Below are positions 37,679 to 46,425 of a stretch of DNA of 64,000 nt, piece after piece. Where the stretch lies: the NCBI GenBank assembly GCA_021513695.1, contig CP084166.1, positions 224,001-288,000 on the forward strand, given 5' to 3'. The notes under the pieces were generated by a model that worked only from the letters and a program-made list of their open reading frames with translations, was not told where the DNA came from and made no database searches. Numbering within the stretch: position 1 is the first letter of the stretch; every line of letters starts with the position of its first letter. The translations under genes were made by a program, and so were the position numbers. This DNA is from Candidatus Heimdallarchaeum aukensis (lineage in GTDB: Archaea; Asgardarchaeota; Heimdallarchaeia; Heimdallarchaeales; Heimdallarchaeaceae).

Positions 37679-37737
37679 GGAGAGTGTGAGTATAGTGTAA
37701 ATGTATTTTGCAGATATGGGTTTACACTACACTCTCC
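37679..37737 (+). repeat. imperfect inverted repeat / hairpin downstream of 36858..37595
   Basis: Arms ggagagtg[tgagta]tagtgtaaa (37679-37701) and tttacactacactctcc (37721-37737) pair as 8+9 bp with a 6-nt bulge. The loop contains ttgcagatatggg. Confidence 0.7.
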
Positions 37738-37773
37738 ATACTAGTAGATTTTTTTTCATATTAAAATATTTTT

Positions 37774-37788
37774 TGTTTATCTCACGAC
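37774..37788 (+). repeat. 15-bp target-site duplication, left copy (TGTTTATCTCACGAC)
   Basis: An identical 15-mer occurs at 38800-38814, immediately outside the IS inverted repeats. Confidence 0.8.
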
Positions 37789-38799
37789 TGTTTACTCTAT
37801 CCACGTTGGTAACAAATAAATAGAAAGTGGGTTACGAGGGTAAATGATGTATTATGAACAAACCCAAACGTAACCTAGAGAGACTAAGAAAGATTGTGGT
37901 TAAAAAAGCTTTGGAAGGAGAGAAGATAAAAGAGGTAGCTCACAGGTTTATGGTGAGTAGGAAGTTTGTTTACAAGTGGTTGAAGAGGTTCAGAGAGAAC
38001 CCTGAAGGAGAATGGTGGAAGAATAGATCATCTAGACCTAAAACTATACACAGGAAAGTGGATGAGGAGTTAAGAGAGAAGATAAGGGAGTTAAGAGTAA
38101 AGCAAGGAATGAACGTGGAGAAGATAGTTTATCTGTTGAAGAAAGAAGGAAGAGCATTATCGCGAAACACAGTAGTTAAAGTAATAGGAGAGTTAGGTCT
38201 TCCTCTGTGGAGTAATAGAAAAAAGAGAAACAGAACTCAATACAAGAGTTTTGAACGCTCTAGCCCTAACGAACTCTGGCAGATAGATGTGAAAGGACCA
38301 TTCTGGATAGAAGAACAAGGACAACACCTTTATCTCATAACCTTGATAGACGACCACTCACGATTCTGTCTGGGAGCTAAACTCCACCCTTTTGCACCGA
38401 AAAAAGAGCAGATAATAAGTTTGTTAGAAGGAGCAATAGAAAAATATGGACACCCCGAGTCTATCCTCACGGACAATGGAGCACTCTTCTACTCCGTTAG
38501 AGGAGGAACAAGTACCTTCTCCCGTTGGTGTCAAACAGAAGGAATAAAACACATCAGATCTAGAGTTTTTCACCCCGAAACATGCGGAAAAGTAGAAAGA
38601 CTACATGGAACCATCATCCGTGAGATGAAAAGACTAGGACTAACCTACTGTAACTCCGACCTCTCCTTCTACCGCTCTTACTACAATTTTAGCCGTCCTC
38701 ACCAGTCTCTTAACCTCCTTACCCCTGGAGAAAAATTTATGAATCACCCCTACGTTTCTCTAGTGCCCAAAAGTGTAACCCAGGTCTATTGAGTGAACA
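37789..38799 (+). mobile_element. intact IS481-family insertion sequence (1011 bp)
   Basis: The ends start with TGT. The left IR TGTTTACTCTATCCACGTTG matches the reverse complement of the right end TGTTCACTCAATAGACCTGG at 14/20. It has a single DDE ORF, is flanked by a 15-bp direct repeat, and is higher in GC than its surroundings. Confidence 0.8.
37854..38792 (+). CDS. IS481-family DDE transposase (HTH + rve integrase core)
   Basis: N-terminal HTH, then WQIDVKG (D), LTDNGALF (D) and HPETCGKVERLHGTI (E). 312 aa. Confidence 0.9.
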   Translation: MNKPKRNLERLRKIVVKKALEGEKIKEVAHRFMVSRKFVYKWLKRFRENPEGEWWKNRSSRPKTIHRKVDEELREKIRELRVKQGMNVEKIVYLLKKEGRALSRNTVVKVIGELGLPLWSNRKKRNRTQYKSFERSSPNELWQIDVKGPFWIEEQGQHLYLITLIDDHSRFCLGAKLHPFAPKKEQIISLLEGAIEKYGHPESILTDNGALFYSVRGGTSTFSRWCQTEGIKHIRSRVFHPETCGKVERLHGTIIREMKRLGLTYCNSDLSFYRSYYNFSRPHQSLNLLTPGEKFMNHPYVSLVPKSVTQVY

Positions 38800-38814
38800 T
38801 GTTTATCTCACGAC
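38800..38814 (+). repeat. 15-bp target-site duplication, right copy (TGTTTATCTCACGAC)
   Basis: Identical to 37774-37788. Confidence 0.8.
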
Positions 38815-38947
38815 CTTTAAAATATTTAAAAAATATTCTAATTAATCTATTATTATAAATATTTTAGTTTATATACTAGTTGTGAATTATATATCTTTTC
38901 TTTTATGTCGCTAAATCTCAATTTTTTAATGATTCTCTTCTTTATAA

Positions 38948-39349
38948 ATGAATTTCTATAATATTATAGTGATGATAGTGTCTAGTCAAAATCAACTAAT
39001 AAGTACAAGTTTGGAACAAGTACACAATAATAATTTTTTTGAAATATTTGGGGAACTAAGTGGTTTTATTCACAAAGAAATTTCTATTTCAAAGGAAGAT
39101 CTAGATAATCTTTTTTGTAAGGTAATGAGCATCTCTCAAACAACATCCTTGAACTTGATGCCCACTTTCTATTCTGCTTTGTTATTTGTATCTTCAATTT
39201 TGATTCATGAGTTAAAAGAAGAAAAAGCTGAAAAGCTATTAGATTTTATTATAGAAAAGTATAATTTGGACATTGATAAATTTAGCAATGATATATTGTT
39301 TTTGCGTGAATTAACAGGTTTAAAAGCTAAAATACAATTATTTGAGTAA
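38948..39349 (+). CDS. hypothetical protein
   Basis: 133-aa ORF. The TATA box TTTATAAA at 38941-38948 overlaps the annotated ATG, so the ATG at 38972 (MIVSSQ..) is a likelier start. Confidence 0.45.
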   Translation: MNFYNIIVMIVSSQNQLISTSLEQVHNNNFFEIFGELSGFIHKEISISKEDLDNLFCKVMSISQTTSLNLMPTFYSALLFVSSILIHELKEEKAEKLLDFIIEKYNLDIDKFSNDILFLRELTGLKAKIQLFE

Positions 39350-39375
39350 CAAAATCCATTTTCTTTTTTTCTCTG

Positions 39376-39383
39376 TTTATAAA
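39376..39383 (+). promoter_or_regulatory. archaeal TATA box TTTATAAA
   Basis: It ends 28 nt upstream of the ATG at 39411. Confidence 0.4.
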
Positions 39384-39410
39384 CTGTTTATTTTATTATT
39401 AATTTGATAA

Positions 39411-41219
39411 ATGACAGATAATGGATATATCACTGGTTATGACAGAAAAAATAGAGAAAAATTTCCTATTTTCTTCCAAATTTTACTTTCTGAATGTTTT
39501 AAAGAAAATAATAATTCACTCCTTATTCTACCTGAAAATTTTATGGTAAATAGATTTGTTGAATATCTTTCCTTATTTCTTAGAACAAAAAACATTCAAA
39601 AAACTGCCTTTATTTTATCAGAACAAGGTGAAAAGATAAAATTTAACAATTTATTAACAGAAGAGAAACTCCCTTTTATATCTAGCACTTTAAATGTTGA
39701 AAGAAGAAAGATAAAGTATCAAACTAGTGATATTTTCTTTGTTACAGCTAAAATATTGAGAAACGATCTTTTAAGAGAAGTAATAGAAGCACACGAAATT
39801 GAATTGGCAATTTTTTTGCACGCTGATAAATCCAAAGAAGAAAATGTCTATTCTAACTTAGTACAGATTTTAAGTTCAAATTCAAAAATTAAGTTTGTTG
39901 GAATATCAAAACCTATTTTTAAAGAAAAACAAGAACTAATTTCTGTAATTGAAGCTCTAATGATAACAAATATATTCTACAAGTCATCGTATAGTTCTAT
40001 TATCCAAAGTTGTTTATATGAAAAGTCAAATAAGAAAATAGTTGTTCCTTTTACACAAGAGTTAAATCAAATCAAAGTTAACTTAAGAACTTTGGAAGGA
40101 AAAGTTAATTCAGTTTTAAGGAAGATGGGGATAAAAAATCCTTATTATTTGAGAAGAAATTTTAACAAGGAAATTCAAAATTTAAGAGATAAAAACTTTA
40201 ATGAGTCGACTGTTGAACAAATAATTAATCTTGGTATAGAAAGTATTTTTCTACAATCACTAATTGAAACTTTAGAATCTTCAAGTGTTCCTTTATGTTT
40301 AAAACTAATAGAAAACAACCTAGAAAAAATCTCTCACTACTCTTTCTCATCTTCACTGTTTGAAATATATACAGAACTTAAAGAATTGAAAGATGAAAAA
40401 CACCCGAAGATGGTAATTCTGGTTGAAGAAATATCCAAGGCTTTGAATACTCCTGTAAATAACTCTAATAAAGAAAAACCAACAGTTCTTGTATATTCTA
40501 GTCGCAGAGCAGTACTGCACGAGATAGCAGAAATTTTAATTAAGAAAGAAATAGAAAATTTTGTTATTTTGTCCACGCAGATGAAAAAGCAATTAGAAGA
40601 GTTAGAAAGATTCGATAAGAAGGAGTTTCAAATCGTTTTAGCATCTAAAAATATACCTCTAAATACAGATTTTACATTTTTGTATTCTCTCCCAAAGCAA
40701 AAAACTTTGTTTCGTGAACTAATTCAAAGACCTAATAGTAAGTGTATTATCACTCATAGGTCTATTGAAGAAAAAATATTCTATAAATGGAATGAGAGAA
40801 AAAATGGACAACTAATTAGAGAACTAGTTTCTGATAAGCAAGTAAAAGAAGCTTTGTTGTTCAATCAGCAACAGTTTTTTAATAAAAAGATGATGCAAAT
40901 GATTAATCCAAAAACCAAAGCTCTGATGACATTAAATAGATTTTTTGAGAAAAATAAGAAACAAAAAAAAGATTTAGAAAAAAGAGAATTGAAAGATAAT
41001 ATCTCTGAAAGTAGAGCACTTGATTTTTCCCTTATTCGCTTTCTTTCAGGGTGTTCTGAAGAAGAAGCACTGTTATTAACAGAAATAATTAATTTCTCAC
41101 AAATAAATGATTATGAAAAGTTAACTGTTAATGATTTAATTCCATCCTTTTCTGAAAATAGAGCCAGAGAGATTATTACCAAAATAAAGAATAGATCAAA
41201 GTTAATTTCAAAATTTTAA
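39411..41219 (+). CDS. Hef/XPF/FANCM-like SF2 helicase homolog with degenerate catalytic motifs and C-terminal HhH-like region; no nuclease domain
   Basis: It is collinear with the Hef helicase layout, but every catalytic motif differs:
- motif I position: LLILPENFMVNRF (expected PTGLGKT)
- motif II position: LAIFLHADKS (expected DEAH)
- motif III position: FVGISKP (expected TAS)
- motif VI position: FRELIQRPNS (expected QRxGRTGR)

Conserved non-catalytic blocks are FFVTAKILRNDLL, HPKMVILVEEI and PTVLVYSSRRAVLHEI. No GK[ST] occurs anywhere in the protein. Confidence 0.55.
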   Translation: MTDNGYITGYDRKNREKFPIFFQILLSECFKENNNSLLILPENFMVNRFVEYLSLFLRTKNIQKTAFILSEQGEKIKFNNLLTEEKLPFISSTLNVERRKIKYQTSDIFFVTAKILRNDLLREVIEAHEIELAIFLHADKSKEENVYSNLVQILSSNSKIKFVGISKPIFKEKQELISVIEALMITNIFYKSSYSSIIQSCLYEKSNKKIVVPFTQELNQIKVNLRTLEGKVNSVLRKMGIKNPYYLRRNFNKEIQNLRDKNFNESTVEQIINLGIESIFLQSLIETLESSSVPLCLKLIENNLEKISHYSFSSSLFEIYTELKELKDEKHPKMVILVEEISKALNTPVNNSNKEKPTVLVYSSRRAVLHEIAEILIKKEIENFVILSTQMKKQLEELERFDKKEFQIVLASKNIPLNTDFTFLYSLPKQKTLFRELIQRPNSKCIITHRSIEEKIFYKWNERKNGQLIRELVSDKQVKEALLFNQQQFFNKKMMQMINPKTKALMTLNRFFEKNKKQKKDLEKRELKDNISESRALDFSLIRFLSGCSEEEALLLTEIINFSQINDYEKLTVNDLIPSFSENRAREIITKIKNRSKLISKF

Positions 41220-41227
41220 CTTTTTAC

Positions 41228-41479
41228 TCACTGGAATTTCTTGTTTAGATACTTCTTTAATTTCGTGAATGTTTTACTTTCTTTATTTTCTCTATTCCAC
41301 TTTTGTATGATGTAGTCTCTAAACTCTTTAGGTAACCAATCAAATCTACTGTAAACTAGGCAATAGCCCTTTAACCTTTCATATTCACTAGTTTTTTCGA
41401 GTAGTTTAAGTGCTCTTAACAGATATCCTTTTGGTTGGTTTTCTAGAATATAAACTACTTTTTTTTCTGCTGTTACCAT
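41228..41479 (-). CDS. hypothetical small basic protein
   Basis: 83-aa ORF, the only minus-strand gene in this block. No recognisable motif. Confidence 0.35.
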   Translation of the reverse strand: MVTAEKKVVYILENQPKGYLLRALKLLEKTSEYERLKGYCLVYSRFDWLPKEFRDYIIQKWNRENKESKTFTKLKKYLNKKFQ

Positions 41480-41577
41480 CTGAAAGACTAATTCAGAATT
41501 TTGTTTATAAACTTAGGATTATTTACAAAAATTTCCCCCTTTTTAAATAAATGAGTCAATTACTTTTTTAGATTGAA

Positions 41578-42669
41578 ATGACAACAGTTGAAGAGAAAGC
41601 AAAAATAGAAACGAGTACTAATCAATTGATGGAGTTTTTAGAAGAAGTTTCAGGTCTTTCTGCAGCACAAAAAAAGCGAGTTTACAAGACTCTCGTTGAT
41701 TTTGGGATAACTCACCCTTTAGCTTTTAAAAATCGAACAGTTAAAGAACTTACAAGAATAGATGGAATAAGTGAAAATGTAGCAGAAAAAATAGTTGAAC
41801 ACGCTAATCCTTCAAAAAAAGGTGAACTACTATTCAAGTCATTAGCTGAAGTAAAGAAAGAAGAAGATTCAACTATTATGATAAGTACTGGTTCAAAAAG
41901 ATTAGATGAATTACTAGGTGGAGGAATAAGTTTAGGAACTCTAGTAGAATTTTATGGTTCTCCCCAAAGTGGAAAAACCCAATTGTGTTATACAATTGCA
42001 GCAAATACTTTATTGGAAATTGGAGGAGTATTATGGTTAGATACAGAAGGAAGTTTTAGACCTTCAAGATTAGAACAAATATTATTTTATCTTGAAGAAA
42101 AAAAGAAAGAAAAAATAGATGAAAAGCAAAAAGAGAAAATAAATAGCCAATTTAATGTAGCTACAGTCAGAACTCTTGCACAATTAGAACTAGCTCTACA
42201 ACAAGTAGAAAAAGTAATCACTGCTTATGATGTGAAATTGTTAGTTGTAGATAGTCTAATGGATATTTTTAGAGCAGAGTATGGAGGACTAGGAGAATTG
42301 GCTGAAAGACAAAAACATCTAAATGTGGTTGTACACAAAATGATGAAACTAGCTGACGCATATAACATAGCTGTCGTATATACAAATCAAGTCATGGCTA
42401 ATCCAGATCCTTTTGCTACTGCTTTAGATAAAGTTCAGCCTGTAGGAGGTTTCGTTTTAGGTCATGCTAGTGATATACGCATCTGGTTACGAAGAGCCAC
42501 TTCAGCAACAAAAAAGAAATATGACGCTCCAAATGCAAGAAGGGCAATGATTACAGATTGTGGGTGGTTACCTATGGAAGAAACTATTTTCTCTATCGGA
42601 GCTTTTGGAATATGTGATGTTGAAGAAGAGAGTGAAATGAAAGAAGAAGCAAATATTGAAGAGAAATAA
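41578..42669 (+). CDS. radA: RadA/Rad51-family recombinase, divergent paralog
   Basis: N-terminal HhH-like domain. Walker A reads GSPQSGKTQLCYT. Also LDTEGSFRPSRL, Walker B KLLVVDSL, ELAERQKHL and VYTNQV. A lysine/glutamate-rich insert reads EEKKKEKIDEKQKEKINSQ. TTTTTAAATAA lies about 30 nt upstream. Confidence 0.8.
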   Translation: MTTVEEKAKIETSTNQLMEFLEEVSGLSAAQKKRVYKTLVDFGITHPLAFKNRTVKELTRIDGISENVAEKIVEHANPSKKGELLFKSLAEVKKEEDSTIMISTGSKRLDELLGGGISLGTLVEFYGSPQSGKTQLCYTIAANTLLEIGGVLWLDTEGSFRPSRLEQILFYLEEKKKEKIDEKQKEKINSQFNVATVRTLAQLELALQQVEKVITAYDVKLLVVDSLMDIFRAEYGGLGELAERQKHLNVVVHKMMKLADAYNIAVVYTNQVMANPDPFATALDKVQPVGGFVLGHASDIRIWLRRATSATKKKYDAPNARRAMITDCGWLPMEETIFSIGAFGICDVEEESEMKEEANIEEK

Positions 42670-42752
42670 ATAATGTGCTGAAATAAAAACCTAATTTAAG
42701 GATTTAGACTTGATAATCTAATAAACTTTAAATATTTCAAACAAAGAATAGA

Positions 42753-43907
42753 TTGAGAATTGTGAATGAAGTAAGTTTAAGTAGTTTGATATTGTCAATA
42801 TTGTTGTTTATATTTAGTCTTACTCTCACTTATCAATCGATATTCAAGAAAAGGAAAACTTGGTTTTTTAATTTAGCTGTCTATCTAAGCTTTCTCTTAA
42901 CGCTTTCTGAAGTAGTTAGAAGTGCAGTTACTGGAAAAGACCTATCTTTAATTTTAATTACTATTGCTCTTATAATTTGGTCTTTAATCTATATCTTATT
43001 ATTCTTGTTCTTTCAACAGTTAGTTTCTAATACAATAAATCCTATTTTAACAATAGTAATCTTTCTTTTTTATTTTATTGAGATTGAATTTGGGATTCTG
43101 CAGTTCTTTGATTACCCTGGAATAATTAATTACCTTTATATCTTATTGTGGGATCTGGGTTATGACTCTCTTGGTTTTATCATTTTTATATATGGAGCGA
43201 TTGTTCATTTTCGTATTTTGAAAAGATCAAAAAATATAGAAGCAGGTATAATCACTTCTGCCTTAATTGTAATTGCTTTTGGTTTTGTTTGGGGATTCAC
43301 AATAGATTTTTTCATTTTTTTGGAGAATATTGGTGTTTTAGTAAGTAGTAATTTTTTATCTATTATTAAAAAGAGTCTGCTATCAGGAGATATCATAAAA
43401 GCACTAGGAATCCTCGTTTTTACAGGTGTATATGTATTTAGACCTAATTACATATTTAAACATCCGTTCAAGATAGATAGTCTAATAATTTATAACAGAA
43501 TAGGATTACCAATTTATGGTGCAAAATATACTAAATCAAATACAGAAGAAGAAAAAGAAATTACAGAGAAAAAATCTTATCATTTCGAACTTATCGGTGG
43601 AGCTATTAATGCTTTAAGTGAATTCATTATCACAACTGCAGGATCAAAGAAAAAACTAAATGAGATAAATACTGAAGATAAAATAATTAAAATAGTTTCA
43701 ACAGATCTTTGTTCCATAGTTGTTATGAGTGATAAAATCTCTTTTTTCCTAATTCAGAGTATGAAAAGGGTTGTTAATTTAATAACTAAAAAATATCCTA
43801 AAGAATTGGAAGAAAAACACTTGGAAGATGATATTTTTCCTGATATAAAGAAGATGATAAAAGACAGTTTTCCTTTTTTACCAAAACCTGTGTATGAATA
43901 CAGTTAG
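42753..43907 (+). CDS. polytopic membrane protein with C-terminal longin/roadblock-like domain
   Basis: About 7 TM segments, then IDSLIIYNRIGLPIYGAKY..FELIGGAINALSEFI..KIIKIVSTDLCSIVVMSDK. This is the same domain pattern as the C-termini of 8886..10922 and 11047..13095. Confidence 0.55.
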   Translation: MRIVNEVSLSSLILSILLFIFSLTLTYQSIFKKRKTWFFNLAVYLSFLLTLSEVVRSAVTGKDLSLILITIALIIWSLIYILLFLFFQQLVSNTINPILTIVIFLFYFIEIEFGILQFFDYPGIINYLYILLWDLGYDSLGFIIFIYGAIVHFRILKRSKNIEAGIITSALIVIAFGFVWGFTIDFFIFLENIGVLVSSNFLSIIKKSLLSGDIIKALGILVFTGVYVFRPNYIFKHPFKIDSLIIYNRIGLPIYGAKYTKSNTEEEKEITEKKSYHFELIGGAINALSEFIITTAGSKKKLNEINTEDKIIKIVSTDLCSIVVMSDKISFFLIQSMKRVVNLITKKYPKELEEKHLEDDIFPDIKKMIKDSFPFLPKPVYEYS

Positions 43908-44358
43908 TAAGTAAAAAAAAATTTCTACATCAAAACAAAAAAAACAAAATTCATTGTTAATTTTTTCTCTTTTCGCAATGAAAATATTAAGTAAAAATTT
44001 TTTGTTCTTTAGAAGTCTATATTAATAATCTCAACAGAAAAAAACAGACAAAAATTTCTCACTTAAAAAAGTAAAAATGGAAAATATGATATTATTTGGC
44101 TTGGAAAATAGCAAATAGAAAATAACAACTCAAAAATTCTACTTAGACAGGCCCATTCTACTGATTGTTGACCACTATATAAATGCCCGTAAGACCACAA
44201 TATGCTTAATTTTGAGAATATAAGTGTTACAGCACTTAATATTAACTTATTTTGTTATTTCACGTTAAAAGCGATAATTGCAATATTACTGCAATGTGTA
44301 TAGTTATTTTTAATACAAATTACTCTTTAGTTTACTTGCAGATATGGGTGAAATGTAA

Positions 44359-45690
44359 ATGAGTATAAGTGTAAATGTAAGTGAAGCCTTTGGCAAAGTA
44401 ATCCAACCCACGTGGCTCACTGAAGACGAAGAAGATTTTGAAGCGGTGAGCCACAATTTCCAATCACCAGAAACTTATTATTCTTCTGTTTTATTGAGTG
44501 AACCTTTGGGATCATACATTAGTACATATGATGCCCAAAAAATATTATCAAAGGGATTAAGAAAAAATTCTTGGATAAAGGCTTATTATACAAATAAAGA
44601 ATTATTGAGAGAAAAATATATTTTAGATTTTGTAGATTTAATTGTAGCATCAATAGATGAAAATTTCAACTCATCAATTATTGAAGATGCAGTTTATTTG
44701 TTTAAGCTTAACCTTCCAAACTTTCTAGCTTCTTTTCAAGAAAACTATTTCACAAGTAACTTAGTAGCAATGTATTTCCTTGCATTGTTAGATCATAAAT
44801 TACAGCAAGTTGGAGGAAAATTAACAGCAAAAGACATCGAAATAATTTATTCTCTACCTAAAATTACGCCAAATGCTTTTTCTTTTTATAATATCAAAAA
44901 AATTCAAAATGACCTTTATTCGAGAGGAATATTAAAGAGAAAAAGGAGAACAGACTTTTATGAGCCATTGAGGGCGAGAATCAAGGATATATTAGGTTTA
45001 CTAGTAAAAAATTTTCCTGAATTAAATAAAAAGTTAGATGATTTGGAGCAAATTGTCTTTGATTTAATTAATATGCGTAAAGTACCAGGAACTAATTACA
45101 AAGATGCAGCAGTAATAATGATAATGAGTGTTGCAACTAATCTTTTTGAACTAAGGTATAGAAATAATTTCTGGTCACTTCTAAGTAAAGAATATGCATT
45201 TGAAAAAGAAAAAATGTTAAAATCTGTATATAGATTTAGAAGTAGGTTAAAGGAAGTAGAATTAAATAAACTAATTTTGAAATCCTACGCTCCAAAAAAA
45301 GAACAAGAAAAAGAAGAAAAGAAAGAAAAAACAATTTCTACTTTCGAAATAAAAAAAGCTATATACTTGTTTAGCGATAAAATAATGGATAAATTCTCAA
45401 GATTAGAGAAGGATCTACTAATAGTCGAACAGCAAGCCTATAGATTAATTGATAAAAATATTCATGCAAATTTGGATGTAGATAAATACACACTTCCTGT
45501 TCTTCTATTTCAAAGTCTTATCCCGAAATTAAACATCGCTGAATATGAGAAAGAGAGACTACTAGAATTTCTTAGCAAATTTATGAAAAAAAATGAACAG
45601 ATACTAAATCGTCTGAAGAAAAGAATAGAGTTAGAAGAAATTTCAAATAAGAAAAAAGAAAAAATGATTAAGGTGGGGGAGTTTGAGTAA
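44359..45690 (+). CDS. TFB/TFIIB-core-like (cyclin-fold) protein without Zn ribbon, tentative; first gene of the long + strand cluster
   Basis: It is a paralog of 36858..37595. PGTNYKDAAVIMIMSVA and KSVYRFRSRLKEV resemble cyclin-repeat features of TFB. GGGTGA lies 7 nt upstream of the ATG. Confidence 0.35.
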   Translation: MSISVNVSEAFGKVIQPTWLTEDEEDFEAVSHNFQSPETYYSSVLLSEPLGSYISTYDAQKILSKGLRKNSWIKAYYTNKELLREKYILDFVDLIVASIDENFNSSIIEDAVYLFKLNLPNFLASFQENYFTSNLVAMYFLALLDHKLQQVGGKLTAKDIEIIYSLPKITPNAFSFYNIKKIQNDLYSRGILKRKRRTDFYEPLRARIKDILGLLVKNFPELNKKLDDLEQIVFDLINMRKVPGTNYKDAAVIMIMSVATNLFELRYRNNFWSLLSKEYAFEKEKMLKSVYRFRSRLKEVELNKLILKSYAPKKEQEKEEKKEKTISTFEIKKAIYLFSDKIMDKFSRLEKDLLIVEQQAYRLIDKNIHANLDVDKYTLPVLLFQSLIPKLNIAEYEKERLLEFLSKFMKKNEQILNRLKKRIELEEISNKKKEKMIKVGEFE

Positions 45691-46423
45691 TTTTTTCACT
45701 TTTATTTGGGAAACCGTGGTGGCAATTTTTACAGGAACAGCATCACTTAGTTTCTTTGTAATTTTAGTAATCTTGTTCCTACGCTTTCTAGTTGATGCTT
45801 TTATTCCAAGTAAGCTACAGATGTTATTGAATATCCTTTTTTTCCCAGGATCATTTATGCATCAAGTTATACAGACAATTGCAGTAAGAGCTTGTGGATA
45901 TGATGTTAAAGTAAATTTTCATATGGCTTTTGATCGAGATTATGCAAGTCAAAGCATAAAAGGAGATTTAACTCATGTTTCTCATGCAGCTTTTATTGGC
46001 TTAAGTCCTTTTTTGAATATAGGATTGGTTGTAGCAATATTGAAATTTAGTGATGATATATCAGGAATTTTCTTGAAATTTGGTATGCCTTTTATGGGAA
46101 CTTTCTTGAAAATTTATTTGTTATTGTGTTTTGCATTTTTTTCAATTCCTGATGTACAAGATCTAATGTTACCTTTTTACACTTTGACGGTAGCTTATTC
46201 AGAATTTATTGCCCTTTTAATGGTCAGTTTACTTTTCTTTGTCTTTGCTGTTGGAGTTTGGGGATGGCTTATTCCTTCAATTAACTTTCTACTCTTTGTA
46301 GTCTTTGTTTTATATTTGGTTAAAAAAAGACAAGATTCTAACTACAAAGCTGGTAATCTACAACCTATTAAACGAAAACAAAGTCAAAATGAGGGAGATG
46401 AAATATTGCTTTTGGAGGTTTAA
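45683..46423 (+). CDS. polytopic membrane protein (paralog of 54274..54909)
   Basis: 246 aa. It overlaps the upstream gene by 8 nt. It shares an FSIP[DN]xx[DE]L motif with 54274..54909. FMHQVIQTIAVRACGYDVKV resembles an M50/S2P HExxH helix in which the E and the second H are replaced. Confidence 0.5.
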   Translation: MSNFFTFIWETVVAIFTGTASLSFFVILVILFLRFLVDAFIPSKLQMLLNILFFPGSFMHQVIQTIAVRACGYDVKVNFHMAFDRDYASQSIKGDLTHVSHAAFIGLSPFLNIGLVVAILKFSDDISGIFLKFGMPFMGTFLKIYLLLCFAFFSIPDVQDLMLPFYTLTVAYSEFIALLMVSLLFFVFAVGVWGWLIPSINFLLFVVFVLYLVKKRQDSNYKAGNLQPIKRKQSQNEGDEILLLEV

Positions 46424-46425
46424 AA

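Noticed and set aside
43908-44358. The 450-bp AT-rich ORF-free region before the long cluster, considered as a possible att site, replication origin or ncRNA
   Set aside because: It contains only A-runs and a plausible promoter and Shine-Dalgarno (GGGTGA). I found no ORB-like repeats, no integrase nearby, and no direct repeat partner other than the short motif reported separately.
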